DNA of 64,000 nt from Lama glama (lineage: Eukaryota). The notes under the pieces are model-generated. The model was given only the letters and a program-made list of their open reading frames with translations. It was not told where the DNA came from and searched no databases. Both the position numbers and the translations under genes were made by a program. Location: contig CM052832.1 of assembly GCA_028534125.1 (NCBI GenBank), positions 22,632,001 to 22,696,000 on the forward strand, given 5' to 3'. Positions within the stretch are counted from its first letter, which is position 1. Each line of letters begins with the position of its first letter. Shown piece after piece: positions 38,230-51,780 of the stretch.

Positions 38230-40170
38230 ATTTTAAAAACAGAAAGAAGTATAAAGATGAATGTGCAGATTACTTGCAGTTCTCCCACAAAGAGTGAGAA
38301 AATGTTCCATTTATATATTTTCTCTTAGGTTTTTTCCTCCTTTGAAATTATGCTCTTTATTTCGTTTGGCATCCTGGTTATTTTTTCTTTCCACTTCACG
38401 CTGTAGCATGATTGCTTTCTAATCTTTCTGAAATTGTAATGTTAAACGGTTTCACAATACTTCAGACATGATTATTAATATTGTTCAATTATTTTCCCAG
38501 TGATTGAATACTTGTTTGTTTTTCCCCCTGATTTTTCATAATTTTAAATGGCCAAATGACACACATCTTTACCTGCAGCTCTGATTACTTTCTTAAGATA
38601 TGTTCTTAGATGCTAAGTTACTGGCCCAAATTATGAACATGTTTAAGGCTCCTAACTCTTGCTGAATTGCTTTCCAGAAAGGTCAGACCAACATATCCTT
38701 CATGAACAATGAAGGACCAGTCTCTCACCTCTTGCCCCTTGTGAATGTTCTCTTAAAAATCTTTGCCAGTTTAATAGTGAAAATTTGCATGTCATTATTG
38801 TTTTAAATTTATATTTCTTTGATTATCCTAATAAGTTGAAACCTTTTAATTTGCTTATTGGACATACATATTTTACTACTGTGATTTTCAGTTTTTATAC
38901 AGATGTTTTTAGGTATCTTTTATCTTTTCAAGCTGTATATGCCTTCTGAGGGAAAAATAGAATTATGATTAAACAAAGAGAAAAAAGGCTCAAAAACAAT
39001 ACAAAATTAACCACTGTTGACATACTGATGGACACTTTTCTTTGCATATGTGTATACCTTTGGGTTCATTTATATATTTTGCTTACAAACATGAAAAACA
39101 TTTTTAGAAGTTGTTGGCCAAGGTGAGATTATACCATACATGAAGTTTATAATCCATCTAAATTTAAAAATATATTATAAACATGTTTTATTAAAAAATA
39201 CACCATTAAATATCTTTTCAATTTACTGAATAGAATTAAATGGTGTATATGCATATAATAGTCAACCCATGCCCTGTTTAAATCATTCATTGTATTAGGA
39301 ACATATTATCCATTATCAGGAAAAATTTCTAGAAGTGGAATTTCTGAGCCAAAATCTCCATGTACACACATATATATTTTCCTCCAGATCATAAATAAAA
39401 TATAAATTTGCTAAAATTTTAAATGTTACAGAAAAGATATGCTACTATATATTAGTAATAATACTAAATTAAAAAAAGACAATAGTTAGCATACCATTAC
39501 ATAATTTACTTTTTATTTTTCTACTTGCCTGTCGTATTCTGGACAACTTTCCCACCAATGTACTCAGTTATATCTTGTTTCTGTAATGCCTGCCTACTAT
39601 TCCATTTTATGGATAAACTATAACTTAACACTTCCTTTACTGACAGAAATTGAGAAGTTACAATATTTTCTCCATATGTATAGATACACATTTATAAGGT
39701 TACTTCTTTTAGATAAACTTCTATAAATGGAAATGCTTAGGCAAGAGGTATAATAAACATTTTAAGTGCTAAAATTTATTTCCAAAGTGTCCTTTGGAAA
39801 ATTTTACAAGTTATATACTCCCCACTAATAGTGTATTAGAATGTCCATTTTCACACCAAATACAGACATCGAAAAGCTAAATGACTGTTCAGAAAATCTG
39901 AACCATCTTCATTTCCCTCTACCAATTAAAAAAAAGAAATAAAGAAAAATGAAGGGAGGAGAAAAGAAGAACTTCGCTGTTTTCTTATTCAATAATTGTA
40001 TCATAATTTTGTTTGTAATTTTGAAAACTGTAAAAATGACTATGTTTATATTTATATGTAACTTCTACTTAGAAAAGTAAGAAACTATATTGTATTTTTT
40101 ACCCTTGAGCAACTGATCCATTAATGAAGACCCTTTGCCCATTTCCTACTGAAGTGTTGACATCACTCTG
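38230..40170 (-). mobile_element. Several old, fragmented L1 (L1ME-type) 3' regions; AT-rich
   Basis: Repeated reverse L1M motifs (tctagaagtggaatttctgagccaaa; tgctttccagaaagg; atactcccactaatagtgtat; ctttgcccatttc). Confidence 0.6.
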
Positions 40171-42364
40171 ATGGATTTATTTATAGGCAGTATCTGAAAC
40201 TCCACGGTCCTTAAATCGCTAGCATTGATACCCTTGGTAGGCTCCTAACGAGAAAAAAAAATTTTATTACACATATATTAGAGTAGATATTTGCTCAAAA
40301 ATTATTTCTGCAATAGCTGATCCAGACAAACTTTTAGTCAAGCGTTTTGCTACACCTTTCATGTAAGCCATGTGCTCACAGTCGACAGCAGCTTCAGAGG
40401 TGGTCTGAAGCTTCAGGGAAAGAGGGAAGTTAGGTGTAGAATGTAGTTACCCATAAACATGGTACAAACCCTTAAAGAAAACCTTACGGCTTTGAGATGG
40501 TTTAGTGCAAGTGAGGGGGGAGGGGTTAGTCAAATTACTTTAGTTGCTTCGTCTCTGGTTTATTCTGTTAGCCAGTGTGTATGTTGACAGCCTGTCATGT
40601 GATATGAACCGTGCTTGTTCCTTACATACTGTGAAAGTATGAAGGCGTTAGATTGTTGGCCCTGGAGGTGCACTAGCCTAAGTGATACACTGATACCTAG
40701 TAAAGAAAATGCTTCTTAGGCTTCAGATGAGCTGTGATCCGACCCATCTAACAAAGAGATGTTTCATCCATCCAGTACCAACCGATCCTGTTGTTTTGTC
40801 TTCGATGTATTTCATGGAGCAGAAAAACGCATTATATATTCATGGCCTTATGAGTTCTTAAGGGCCGTGGTAGTGTCATATAAATAGGCATAAGTACTGT
40901 TTTAAAAGAATACTGAAATAACATCTAGCTAACAGGCATGGGTGGCTGTGATTTTCCAGGGTGAGTAGTGTGTGATCCCTGTGGTATGAGAGAAGCTCAT
41001 GTTTCAGACGATAACTTCAGGTGGAAATTGTCACATGTGCTCTTTTGTTCCCGTTGCGCTAGCATTTATGGAGATGAGAATTGGGTTCCACGTTCATTTC
41101 AAAAAAATAAAAAGAAACACAGAAAAATTACTAAATGAGATTAAGCCTTCTGAATCGTGAACTTGATAATATGTTCCCCCTTGATTTTTTACTTGAGTTT
41201 TGAGTTTACTTTTAATTTGCAGTTATTCTTTATTTTGAAAAACGTATCTATTGTTCGCTTTCCTTTGCAATTTCCAAAGGGCAATCACAAATTATAATTT
41301 ATCAGATGAAATAACATGGGGATATTTGACAGAAATCAGTGGATCTGATGACCTTTGATGAAGCCTGCAACAATGAGATAATATAGAAAAAAAAAAATCT
41401 CTGGGAAGAACTCAGCAGACTGGAGTTCATAAATAGTGCTCTACATTTAAGCCGATATACTTTTTTTAAAAAAGGATGTCAATGGTATAGAGAAGCATTG
41501 TTTGCAAAAACAGATTCTTTTCAGGGTGGAATGATAAATTAAAGACTTCAGAAATTCATCATCATACAATTTTCTCTGGAACTAACAAACAGAAATGGTC
41601 TATTTTCTTTCATTAAAATTGATTTGATTTTAATTTTGACAGTCGTTGGAAGTTATCTATCATCTACACTTTTGACAGCGAAGCAAGAAAGTGGGTCTTA
41701 TGAATAGGATTTTTCTGTGATTTGGGTACTTGTCATTACTAGAAGGTTTTGTGTGAATAATAGATGCCAAACTTGGCTTGACTCCTCATTTCCAGTCCTT
41801 TTTACTTCTTTTGTATCGAATTGCTAATAACTAGCTTCGTCTTTTGTTACCAATAGAGAATGGCTTTTTTGTTTGCCCACAGAACTGTATTACTCAGTTA
41901 TCACAAGATGATAATCCACTCCTCTGGAAACAGGTCTGGGAATCCACAGGCACTTCCACAAATAACAGGCTGCAGGCTTTTGAGCAGACACTTTTATACC
42001 CCTTGTGAAAGCTGTTTATTAAATCTGGAGAAAAACTGGCTGACTGAAAGAGGACCTTCTAGTAAATAGGCCTGTTTTCCTGACTGTGGAAACATTTTCT
42101 TCTTCCTCAGAGGGCTTGGTCCATGAGAAACTTGAGTAACTTTAATGCATTTTAGACGATCCACCCAGAGGTGCATAGTATTAAGAAAAGGATTTAAAGA
42201 GCAACAGTCTGAGATGTTCTAAAAACAGAACTGATTAACGACAGATATTTTGTATTCTAGACCAGTGTCCCCATAAGGAAATCATTTACCAAAAAAAAAA
42301 AAATTATATTTACTGGAGAATCATTTCTCGTATTTTGTCACCTGGGATGTCTGTAGTATATATA

Positions 42365-42775
42365 TGTATCAGTCAGGAAATCCCAACCGCTGTGAGTTGT
42401 GGGATAAAGGATTTATTACAAAAATTAGAGCTTCCATGATGTGTGGGCAGGTGGAGGTCCAGGCAGAGGTTGGAGAAGCAGTGAGTCAGAGGCCAAGGAC
42501 AGCTGGTCACCTGGCTGAATCGTTGAAGGGAAGGTCACGGAGGGCTTTGGGGAGCTGTGTCTCTGTAGTAGCTGCCTCTGTGGGTTTACTGCCAAGCATT
42601 TGATCGATAGTCAGTCTGGACAAAATTGCTGGAAACAGAGTGGAGGAGAGCGAGAGAGAATGAGCTGGAACCTGCTGGCGTTTCTGCGTCTTCTGCACTT
42701 GTAATCATGATGACTTTAATTCAGAGTCGTGAACAGGGAAGGGCCTCCTAGGAAATCCATGTTGACCCATTACAG
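42365..42775 (-). mobile_element. Old ERVL/MaLR-type LTR (family uncertain)
   Basis: Begins tgtatcagtcagg...ggatttattac...; GC-richer block with 'gtgaacagggaagggcctcctaggaaat' typical of old LTR ends. Confidence 0.45.
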
Positions 42776-43479
42776 ACTCCCAAGGGTTCTCTCCCAGAGA
42801 GAACAGAGTCATTCTATAGGAAAATAATATCTTTAATAATATCTGTATTAACACTCCACTACAATAGAAAAACACTGAAAAGATGTATCTTAGAAAGAAA
42901 TAATGCTAAATTTTTAGAATATTTTCAACAGTCTTTAAGGAACACCTTGACTGAGACCCTATAGCTTTCAATCTTTATACAATTCCACATTGGCAGGTGG
43001 TGCTCAAAGTATCAAAAACTATAGGGCAGTAAATACTTCAAGGTCAAATTTGCGTGCAGGTGATACTGAGTAGTTTGTAGTACATGCTCCGAGACATCTC
43101 TTCCTCTCATGGCTGACTGTGTAAGGGAACATGAATTCTTACGAGTGTCCATGTCTCTTTTCCTACCACCATTTTATAAAATGACCAGTTTTGGACAGAT
43201 AGATAAAAAAAGATATTGAAGCAGTCTGTGAACACTGATTTTTTTCCTGAGTTCTAACTAATGAGTAAGAAAAAAGGAAGATGCACTGGCTGAATGTATT
43301 TTTCATCTATATTAAACTAGAAAATAAATATTTTTTCAATGTAAATATGTAAGCCAATCAAAATTTTATGCATTAAACAAAATAAAGTTTTGCCAAAACA
43401 TTTCCTTATTTCCAAAGACTAGGACTTTGCTGTATTTATTTTTCTTGCACAGGAATGTCAGCCATCATCAACTGGCTAG

Positions 43480-43745
43480 ACCAGACGTTCTCAAACTTAC
43501 TCTGTTCACAGCACCCTTAGGTCTCAGTAAATTTTCAAAGTGTTCCTAAGTCAAAAGAAATAGCTGGTAGTTCCATTTAATTTTTTATTAAGTTCATTCA
43601 GGTCTGAGCAGCTTAAAAGTAAGAGCTCACTGAATATTTGGTAAATGACACTGTGTTTCTCTCTAAAATGGAAGATAACCTGCACTATCTATGTGAATGC
43701 ACTTCAGCACCAAGGGTACCTCGGCATGTGGTTTGGAAACTGCGG
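43480..43745. mobile_element. hAT-Charlie-type DNA transposon remnant
   Basis: Ends cagacgttctcaaactt ... ggtttggaaactg resemble Charlie TIRs; internal cacagcacccttag.tctcagtaa. Confidence 0.55.
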
Positions 43746-44747
43746 GGCTAGACTGAGAACAAACCCTGGGTCAGATGGTCTCTCCTGCCTCACTTCTCTG
43801 CCTGGAGTCTTTCCAGATAACTTATCTGTGTGGTTAATATTCTGTTTTTTTTAAAATTTATCAGTGTAAAGATTGGGCACTACTACAGAACTCCAGGCCA
43901 CTGAGTTTATTCCCAGGGTGGGTATGTGTGTGTGTAAATTTCTTTTTCTTCTTCTTCCCCTGCCCTCTGTTGGAGGAGGGTGGTGCTACTAGGTGTGGTG
44001 ATTTGAGAAATAAAATTTTTCTGGCTCTGCCTTTCTAAGAGCATTTTGTACCCCTGGGACAAAATTATTGTGTACTAAGATTTCTGCAACGTGTAGGGGT
44101 TTGAGCAGATTTTTCGGGGTCCCCTACTGACTGTAACAGGGGAAATACACTCCTTTTTACTGCACAGATTTCTGTCGTGAAGCTCACTAGCCCCAGGCGG
44201 CAGTGAGGCTCTTCTGACTCATCGTGGCCTTGGAGCATTTGAAGTCAGGTTCATCGGCGAGAGTGGTAATAACTGTCTAGCTTCTCCTCACCTACTCGGA
44301 GGTGATGACAGCACCCCAGGCAGTGAGGGAAGAACCCTAGTGCAGCCCAGCCTCCTTGGGAAACCTTCGCACCCTGCGGCAGCAGAGCCCTGACTTGGCC
44401 GATCAGAGCTGTGCACAAAAGATGGGTCTGATGCATGACTCCTGGACCCCTGGGGGGTTCCTAGAAACACATTAGGAAATGTCTGTTAAAGTAATAAACT
44501 TCCTTAAGGAAAAGCAAGGAAAGCAAAGCTCAGAGGCACTGAGATTTGGATACACGTTTACTTGTGGGTTGGTGAAATTGGAGATACTGAGTTGGAGATC
44601 CTTAGTTTGATGTCCAGTTCTTTGTCTTTTGTGCAGGAGTCACTGACCACATCTCCCCTCTCCACACCTGCTGTTCCTATCCTTCGCTGCCCTTGTGGAG
44701 GAGGCTCCTCTCCTACTGGGGGTTACAAGAGTTTGGAAGCATGGGTA

Positions 44748-45221
44748 TGATACTGATAATGGGTCCTTGGGCTCTGTAAGCAACAGAAATTGATAAGGGG
44801 CCAGACAAGAAATTCAGGCAAGGCTTTATTGGGACTGGTGCTGCAGCATGGGGGAGTGATAACAAGTAAGACAGGTTCCCCTGCTTGCTCCCTGAGGTGG
44901 GGTGTGCTGGTTCCTTAAATGGGGCGAGGGTAGGGGTGGATCAGTAGGTCAGGCCAGAGGGGTGGCTCAGGTGGGCTGCCCACCCCCTTGGTGGTGCTGT
45001 GTGCAGGGATCATTCACAGTCCCCAGCTTTTGCTCCTGGCATCTCAGAAATGGCAGTTGGGTTTTGGCCTTTTTGTATTTTGTTGTTCATGATTTGCCCC
45101 AACTGTGCATGCATGCAGTTATTTTTAGTCCTTTGTAGTTTCTTTGTATTTTGTTGCTCGAGGAGACAGTTGTCCAGGTTCAAGCACTGCAGTAAAGGGT
45201 CCCAGGTCCCAGCCTGTCTCG
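44748..45221 (-). mobile_element. ERV1-class solo LTR, near complete
   Basis: TG at 44748 and CG (mutated CA) at 45220-21; 4-bp flanks ggta/agta; AATAAA on the minus strand (44825-30); homologous to 14420-14835. Confidence 0.88.
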
Positions 45222-46317
45222 AGTAGGTTGCCAGAGTGGGAAGACACACTATGTGAAGTTACCTTTTTTCAAGTTCAAAAGTGCTCCCCTTTCAGGCCGT
45301 GTGTGATCCCTTGGGAAGGAGGTGGAAGTTCTCCAACCAAACGGGCTGGCAAAGCCTTCGTCTCCCTTTTAAAAATTCTAGTTCATTCTGGTCATCTTGG
45401 ATCAAATGATTTGCCCAAAGCCATCTTTGTCATTTTGGAAGGTTTCTTATGAAATCCAGGAGGTTTGGAAAGCTTCATGTGAAAAAGAATCTTGGCTGCC
45501 CACACTGATATTTGAGAATCTCCCTTAATGTAACTGCACTGTCTCCCTTCCCCCCAAAGTTAAAAACTATATATCTAAATGTCCCTGAAGTCTCATTTTC
45601 TCCATGAAATCTTCTGCTATGAAAAATTCTTGATTCCAAGTCCTCTAATCACTTAATGAACTCTCTTACCTTTTTGCTGTTCCACCTTCTGAATTGCTTA
45701 TGGAGCAAGCCAATTTAAAGTGCCCATTGATGGAATTTCTGAATGGAAACAGACGCGGGCTCTGTTTTGCATGCCAGCATGGAAAAACAGCATCCACACT
45801 GCTTAGGATTCATTTTGAAAATTTAAGTTAATTAATTTTAGGCTAAATAACTGTGACAATGTAGACAATTCATTAAGAAGCTGATCAGAAGAGATGTGTC
45901 TGCTACTCCTTAGAAAAAAATCCTTAAAACTTTCTTTCCTCTTAAGTATTCTAATTCTCCGAGTAACCTTTTACATCTTTACACTAGAGTGGAAGTAGAG
46001 GAGTAGTATGACAGATTAGAGCTGAGAACAGACATTTGTGAATCTTTATAAGAATATGTGTAATTCCCACTGGAGTTAATTTTTTCAGAGTTTTGTATAA
46101 AATCAGGGGGAAAAAGTGTGGTTTGAAGGTAAAGTGCTCCAAAAAGCTGGAAAGCTGTGCCTGGATTTATGAAGTTGGGATGGTTTTGATAAAAATTTGT
46201 TTTTAAATGAAACATTATTTTAAGTGTTTTCATGGTATTTGCTTCTTAGAGGAATTCTGCAGCAGAGCTTGCTAAAGGGCTGCATGCAGGGGAGCACTGT
46301 TATTCTAGCGTTAACTC

Positions 46318-46352
46318 GTGTGTGTGTGTCTGTCTGTCTGTCTGTCTGTGTG
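46318..46352. repeat. (GT)n(CTGT)n microsatellite
   Basis: gtgtgtgtgtgtctgtctgtctgtctgtctgtgtg. Confidence 0.85.
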
Positions 46353-49299
46353 GATGGAGGCTGGGTAGGGGTGGGCAGGAGAAAGGAAAACGTTTGTTGA
46401 AAGGTTAGAGCCAGTCTCTCAATAACTGCACAGGCAAGGCTCTTCGGCTTGCTCCTTTTGGATTCCAGGCCTTCGAGTGCACTGCTGTTAACTGGCGTAT
46501 TTCTCAGTGTGACCTCTGGCTCGCGTGCTCTCCATCCTCTTTCTCTATTTTTCTCATTCCCTGTTTCCTTCTCCTTGTCTTTCTCTCCCCGTCTCATGTG
46601 TGTCTCTGTCTCTGACACACACACACACACACCCCCACATGGCCTCAGTTGTGTACACATAGTTCCTCTGCTCTTGGCCCAGACTGCACAGGCAGTACAG
46701 GCCCCAGGGAGGTTTTTCTGTGTGCTCCTCACCTTTCACCCCAGAAGGAGAAGAATTAGAAGTTTATAATCATTGTGGGTATTGTTTCCATAGATTCACT
46801 GCATTTTCTATCTTAGTCCGAGGGAACTGGGGAAGGTGGTGGGCAAATTAAGGAAGACTGAAGGAGGCTTGTATAAATTTCAATCCATGTAAGTAAAACA
46901 AGGTATCAGTATGTTTGCTGTGAAAACTGGAATCACAGATAAATCCCCACAGGGAACCTAGAAATAAAACTGAGACTCGGGTTCGGGGAGAGGGAATCAC
47001 AGGTCAGATGCTTGATAAGAAAGAGAGAAAGAGCTAGAGTGAGAAAGTATCAAAGGACGGTTTTAGGTAAATATATGGACTTTTAAGGGGAAAAGCTCAC
47101 ATTCTTCTATCAATTGTAAAAAGCATGCTAAAAAAAAAGATACTAAGCGTGGCAGTCTAGACATCACTCCCAGATAACCTGCCTGTGGAGAGGAGGCTCT
47201 GGAAACATCAAATTACTTCATGTCTCTGAAAACTACTAGGATTTACTTTAAATATTTAAATCATGATGATGAGACAGTTTTCACCTATGAACAGAGGTCT
47301 TCAAAAGTATTATAACGTGATTTCCAAAGTGTGAGATAGTTGTTTCATTTCAATTAAAAATGGGATTTTTAGAAATTAAAAATATGCTCGTGTTACTAGC
47401 ACAGATTCACACACACGCTGATTACCAGCTTAACTTCTTCCTTGTTACTGAATAAAGACTGGAATTTTTTTTTGCCATGGATATTGGTCTCAAATAGAAC
47501 AATTGAAACATAGTGCTCAGTCTGTGCTAATGGGCTCTTAAAGCCTATAATTCATGAGTAGCCAGAAAAGGTAAATCTAACCTCTACGAAGAAGGACTTG
47601 CAGTCTGATACCATTGCAATTGATGATATTCCATGTGCTGTATTGTTTAAAAACAATTACTACACAGATAAACAGTGGTTTATAGCCATAAAATAGTCTG
47701 AACGGCCAATTCACGTTCCATTCTACGTTTCTCTTTCTGTCCCTACCCTCTTCCTCGATATTCGTCTCTTTGGTCAGACAGACAGTCACTCCCAGGACTG
47801 GACCTTGACTTGTAATGATGGGGGACTGGTGTATGGCTGGGACTGGACCTGGCAAGTGAGAGGTTAGGAGAAACAGTGAATAGAGAACAAAGCTGATAAG
47901 CAGCAGTGACAACAGGTGACAGTGACAAACACTTGGCTGCCTTGTATTGGGTACAGAAGATATCTGGCAGAATTCTTAGCACTATCTCCCTCCCTTAATC
48001 TCCTTATTGGAATTCCCACGTGCCTACTGTGCAGCTTTCTCCCCGAATTAATGCTTTAGGAATATCCTTGTTTGGATTCCCTTCTCTCCCATCTCCCAAC
48101 TGCCAGATAATGATTCTCATTACTTGCTCCTCTCTGCCCCGACTCACCTCTGGGATCACGGGTCAAGCCCGTCAACAAATACTCATACCCACGGATCCCA
48201 TCCCCCGCCCAGGAACATCTGATCCTGATCCTGAAGCTTCGCTGTTGTGCGCATTTGTCTGCTTTCCCTGTGCCAGGCTGCCGGAAGTATCTGTACTCAC
48301 AAAAATACTATGATCAGGCTAAGAGGTGAATCAGCTCTCAAGAAGGCAATTAGATGAGTATCAGGGAAAGAAAGAAGGGGCAAGTCAAGGCCATTAGAGA
48401 ACTTCCCGCAGAAGCCAGGAGTCAGGGGATCTACAGGCTCTGAAGGTTAGGAGCATGATGGGAGAGTATAACCACTCTCCAGCAAGCATTTATGAAACAT
48501 TTATAATGTTCCTGGCACCTTGATTGTGAAGTCTGATCAGTTAACAATTGTTTCTACACTTCCTGCGAGGGCAGGAATTAATTCAGGGCATCAACAACCC
48601 GAAGCCCAGTGCGTGAACAGGTCGAGGGAGCACACCTGGCCGGAGGACACATGCTTGGCTTCAACCAAGGGGCCCGCCTGGGAGTGGCCTTAGGGCTGCC
48701 GCTCTCCACTTCTGACCCAGGGCAAGGCTGGTTGCATTGACCACAGAATGCACGGACTCAGGACCCTGTCCCTTTAAAAGGTACATTCCAAGTGATTCTG
48801 GTGTGCAACCAAATTTTTAACTACTCATTAGGCAAATGATACTGATTCATACACAGATATTTGTTAAATACTTGCTATAAGCCAACATACAAGGATAAAT
48901 TAGGAGAACCCCTATTTTCATGTTGTTTATATTCTAATGATATATAAATGTTTTTAACCCAAGCTGAAATTTAAACAATGTGAAATAAATACGGATATAA
49001 TTATAGAAAAACAAAAAACTTGCTGAAGAAATTTCAGGAAAAACTGTGTGGAAAAAGAGCATTTGAGCTGGACTTTGACTATTGTTCATGTAGAAATTAT
49101 TTTGATACCATGGCAACGGATGTTTACTTTGGGAAGACTATAAAGTACAGATAAACTAGAAACATATACACAGATACACATAAGATAATTCTCTGATCCA
49201 TAAATAATCCACATGTATACAGTGGTGCATATTTTCAGACTCTCTCTTGATATAAAAGTGAATTTATGTAACATGTAAAACGTAGGTACAGTTATAAAT

Positions 49300-49620
49300 G
49301 AATAGACATGTAGTTAGATGTTTATTTTTATAAAAACAGAAACATTTTGTATATCAGTTTTTCCCCCACCAGTGTACTATGGACATCATTCACAGGAATC
49401 AGCATTCATCTATAGCATCATTTTTTATTGCCTGAATACTGTGTGTATATAGGTATGTATTATGATTCATTTAAATAATCCCCTATTATTGGAAATTTGG
49501 AGTTGCTGTTTTTTCTATTATGAGCATGCTGGAAAAAAATCCCTAAAGTGAATGTCTTCTCTCAACGGTGAACGTCTCGAAGTGGAATTTCCAAGTCAGT
49601 GCGTCTGTCTATGTTTAATG
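49300..49620 (-). mobile_element. Old L1 (L1ME-type) fragment
   Basis: catcattttttattgcctgaatact...tttaaataatccctattattgga.atttgg.gttg...gaagtggaattt. Confidence 0.65.
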
Positions 49621-49753
49621 GGTGCACAGAAGGATAAGGTGTGTCCCACGGGTGGGATAATGTAAGCAGTAGCCTAGGTGTAGGGACGCACGGGCTGCTG
49701 GGGGCGGGCAAAGTGGGTGATCTGATTTGCCTGAAGAACAGGGTGCAAGGGAA

Positions 49754-50104
49754 TGTCTTAGCCCGGTTAGGCTACTGTAGCAAAAATACCGTAAACTGGG
49801 TGGCTTATAAACGACAGAAATTTATTGCTCACTGGGAAGTCTAAGACCGAGGAGCTAGAAGGCTCAGTGGTGGAAGCCCTATTCCTGGTTCCCAGCTGGA
49901 GCTTTCTTGCTGTGTCCTCACACGGTGGAAGGAGCGAGGGAGTTCTGTGGGCGCTTTTATTAAAAAGGCACTAACCCCCTTCCGACGGCTCCACCCTCAT
50001 GACCTGATCACCTCCGAAAGGCCCCGCCTCCAAACACCATCACACTGGGGGCTAAGATTTCAACCTATGAATTTCTAGGGAATACAAACGTTCAGATCAT
50101 GGCA
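49754..50104 (-). mobile_element. MaLR MLT1A0-like solo LTR
   Basis: tgtcttag.cc...aaactgggtggcttataaacgacagaaatttattgctca...ctccaccctcatgacctgatcacctcc.aaaggccccgcctc...ttcagatcatggca; TG...CA ends. Confidence 0.9.
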
Positions 50105-51379
50105 GGAGAGTAATAAACGTTAAAGAAATATAGCTGAAAAGTTAGGACCAGAATTTGCAGAGCCTTTAATGGTAGATCAAAGAATGAAGAGATAGCAGTG
50201 TTCAGTGGCTTTTAATTTGATGCTGTGGATAGAATCTGCAAGTGTCATTTCCTCAGAATTGCTAAGAGTTTGGGAAAATTCCAGAGTCATTGGCACTTCA
50301 GTGCTTTAAACTGCAGAATAGGTATACACGTGCTTTTGACAAACCACAAAACTACCTAGATTTCAGGACTCGGCAGTGCTTGACTAAATGGCCGCAGGTC
50401 GTGGAAGTTCTGTCAGTGGCTGCTCTCAACATGAGGCTAAGGGTGTTCTATGTCCAGGAAACCACAGCGAAAGGTGACTGTCATTGTGTTCATTGTTCCA
50501 CATCCATCCTAGCCACCACAAGAGAGCCACATGGTAGCTGACAGTGATTTTTTTTTTTTAATGGAAGCTTATTTTGCCCTCATGTGCCATGAATGAGGCC
50601 TTCAAAGTGGCTGCACCAGAAATCTTCTTAAACGGTAGCAGGAAGGAGATGGAAAATCCACGAGGATGGTCAGAGCCATCTGTGTTCACTTGAGAAGTTC
50701 CATTATCCTTTTTTGAATCTCCTCTCACACTGGGAAGTCATTAGTTTTCTGGCATTCCTCCTGACATTTTTATGACTTTGTTTACTTGAATACGTGGTTC
50801 ATTATTTGTTTTGGATCAGCCCTCCAAAAAATTCTTCCGAATGCCACTTCAGCTTCTCCAGCGAGCCGTTTGATCATCGCCTCTGTTGTCACTTCTTGCA
50901 ACTTGGCTGAAGTTTGCTTGTGGCTTAGGGTGTGAAGTTCTGTGAGAACACTCCAGGACCAGGACGTTGATTTGCCTCTTTGTTGGATGAGTAGGGCCAA
51001 GTCGGTAATGATGGATAAGTTCTAGAATTTGCTCAGGAAGAGACTTTACTGGAGCCAAGATAAAAAGACTGAAGGTTCAGGAGGCTGATGGAATCCTTGT
51101 CTCCTCAATCCAGGAATTTGTAAATGCTCTAAGGGCTTCCTTTGGGGCCATCAGTATTAGTTCCCGGTTAATGCACCCACTTGATGGAGAAGTTACGATT
51201 AAAAAACAATAATAATGATTTTATCAAATGCCCTCAACTGTGAGCTGCTCTATTTATTAATTCTGTATTTTAATAAACTATATGCATGGCTTAAAAAAAG
51301 AAAAAAAGAAGAAGAAGAAAAAAAACAAAACCCAAACCCTGTTAAATTCAATTGAGTAATAACTACCAGAAGCAGAAAC

Positions 51380-51780
51380 AGGCCACTATAAAAGGCATTT
51401 CTTGCTCTTGGAGAGCTTTTTCTCTTCTGGCAGCAGAAGGGCCTCTGTGCAGAGTCACATGTTTGATTGACTCCGCTCTCGAGCTGGTGTTTACACGGCT
51501 GTATTCATCTTGCTCCGATGACTGTGACATGCCACCCGGATGTGGCGAGGCTGACAGGGAATGTGAGGGGGACTAGACAGATGACAACGTCTCCGTTCTT
51601 CAGAGCCAGTGCAGGATGATCTGTCACCTGATGATAGGCCACAGCCTGTCATTTATTTACTTACAGCTTTAATGTGGGTAAAATGAGCAGGAGAGGGGGG
51701 CAAGTGACAAGAGGCAAAGAGAAAGTGAGTGGTTACAGGAAAGAAAAATCTGACAGACCCCTTTTTTGACATCAAAATAT
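51380..51780. promoter_or_regulatory. Putative enhancer/promoter: TATA box plus TALE (MEIS/PBX/TGIF) and FOX motif cluster
   Basis: TATAAAAG 51387; TGATTGAC 51464; TGTTTAC 51488; TGACAG/CTGTCA at 51552, 51621, 51646, 51751; TATTTAC 51654; no recognisable repeat. Confidence 0.35.

Noticed and set aside
14420..45221. A single 30-kb provirus bounded by two LTRs
   Set aside because: The LTRs are inverted and diverged, the second has its own TSD-like flanks, and no gag/pol/env lies between them
46220..46732. Longest ORF in the track (170 aa, minus strand)
   Set aside because: Held open by microsatellite and purine-rich low-complexity sequence; non-ATG start; no recognisable domain
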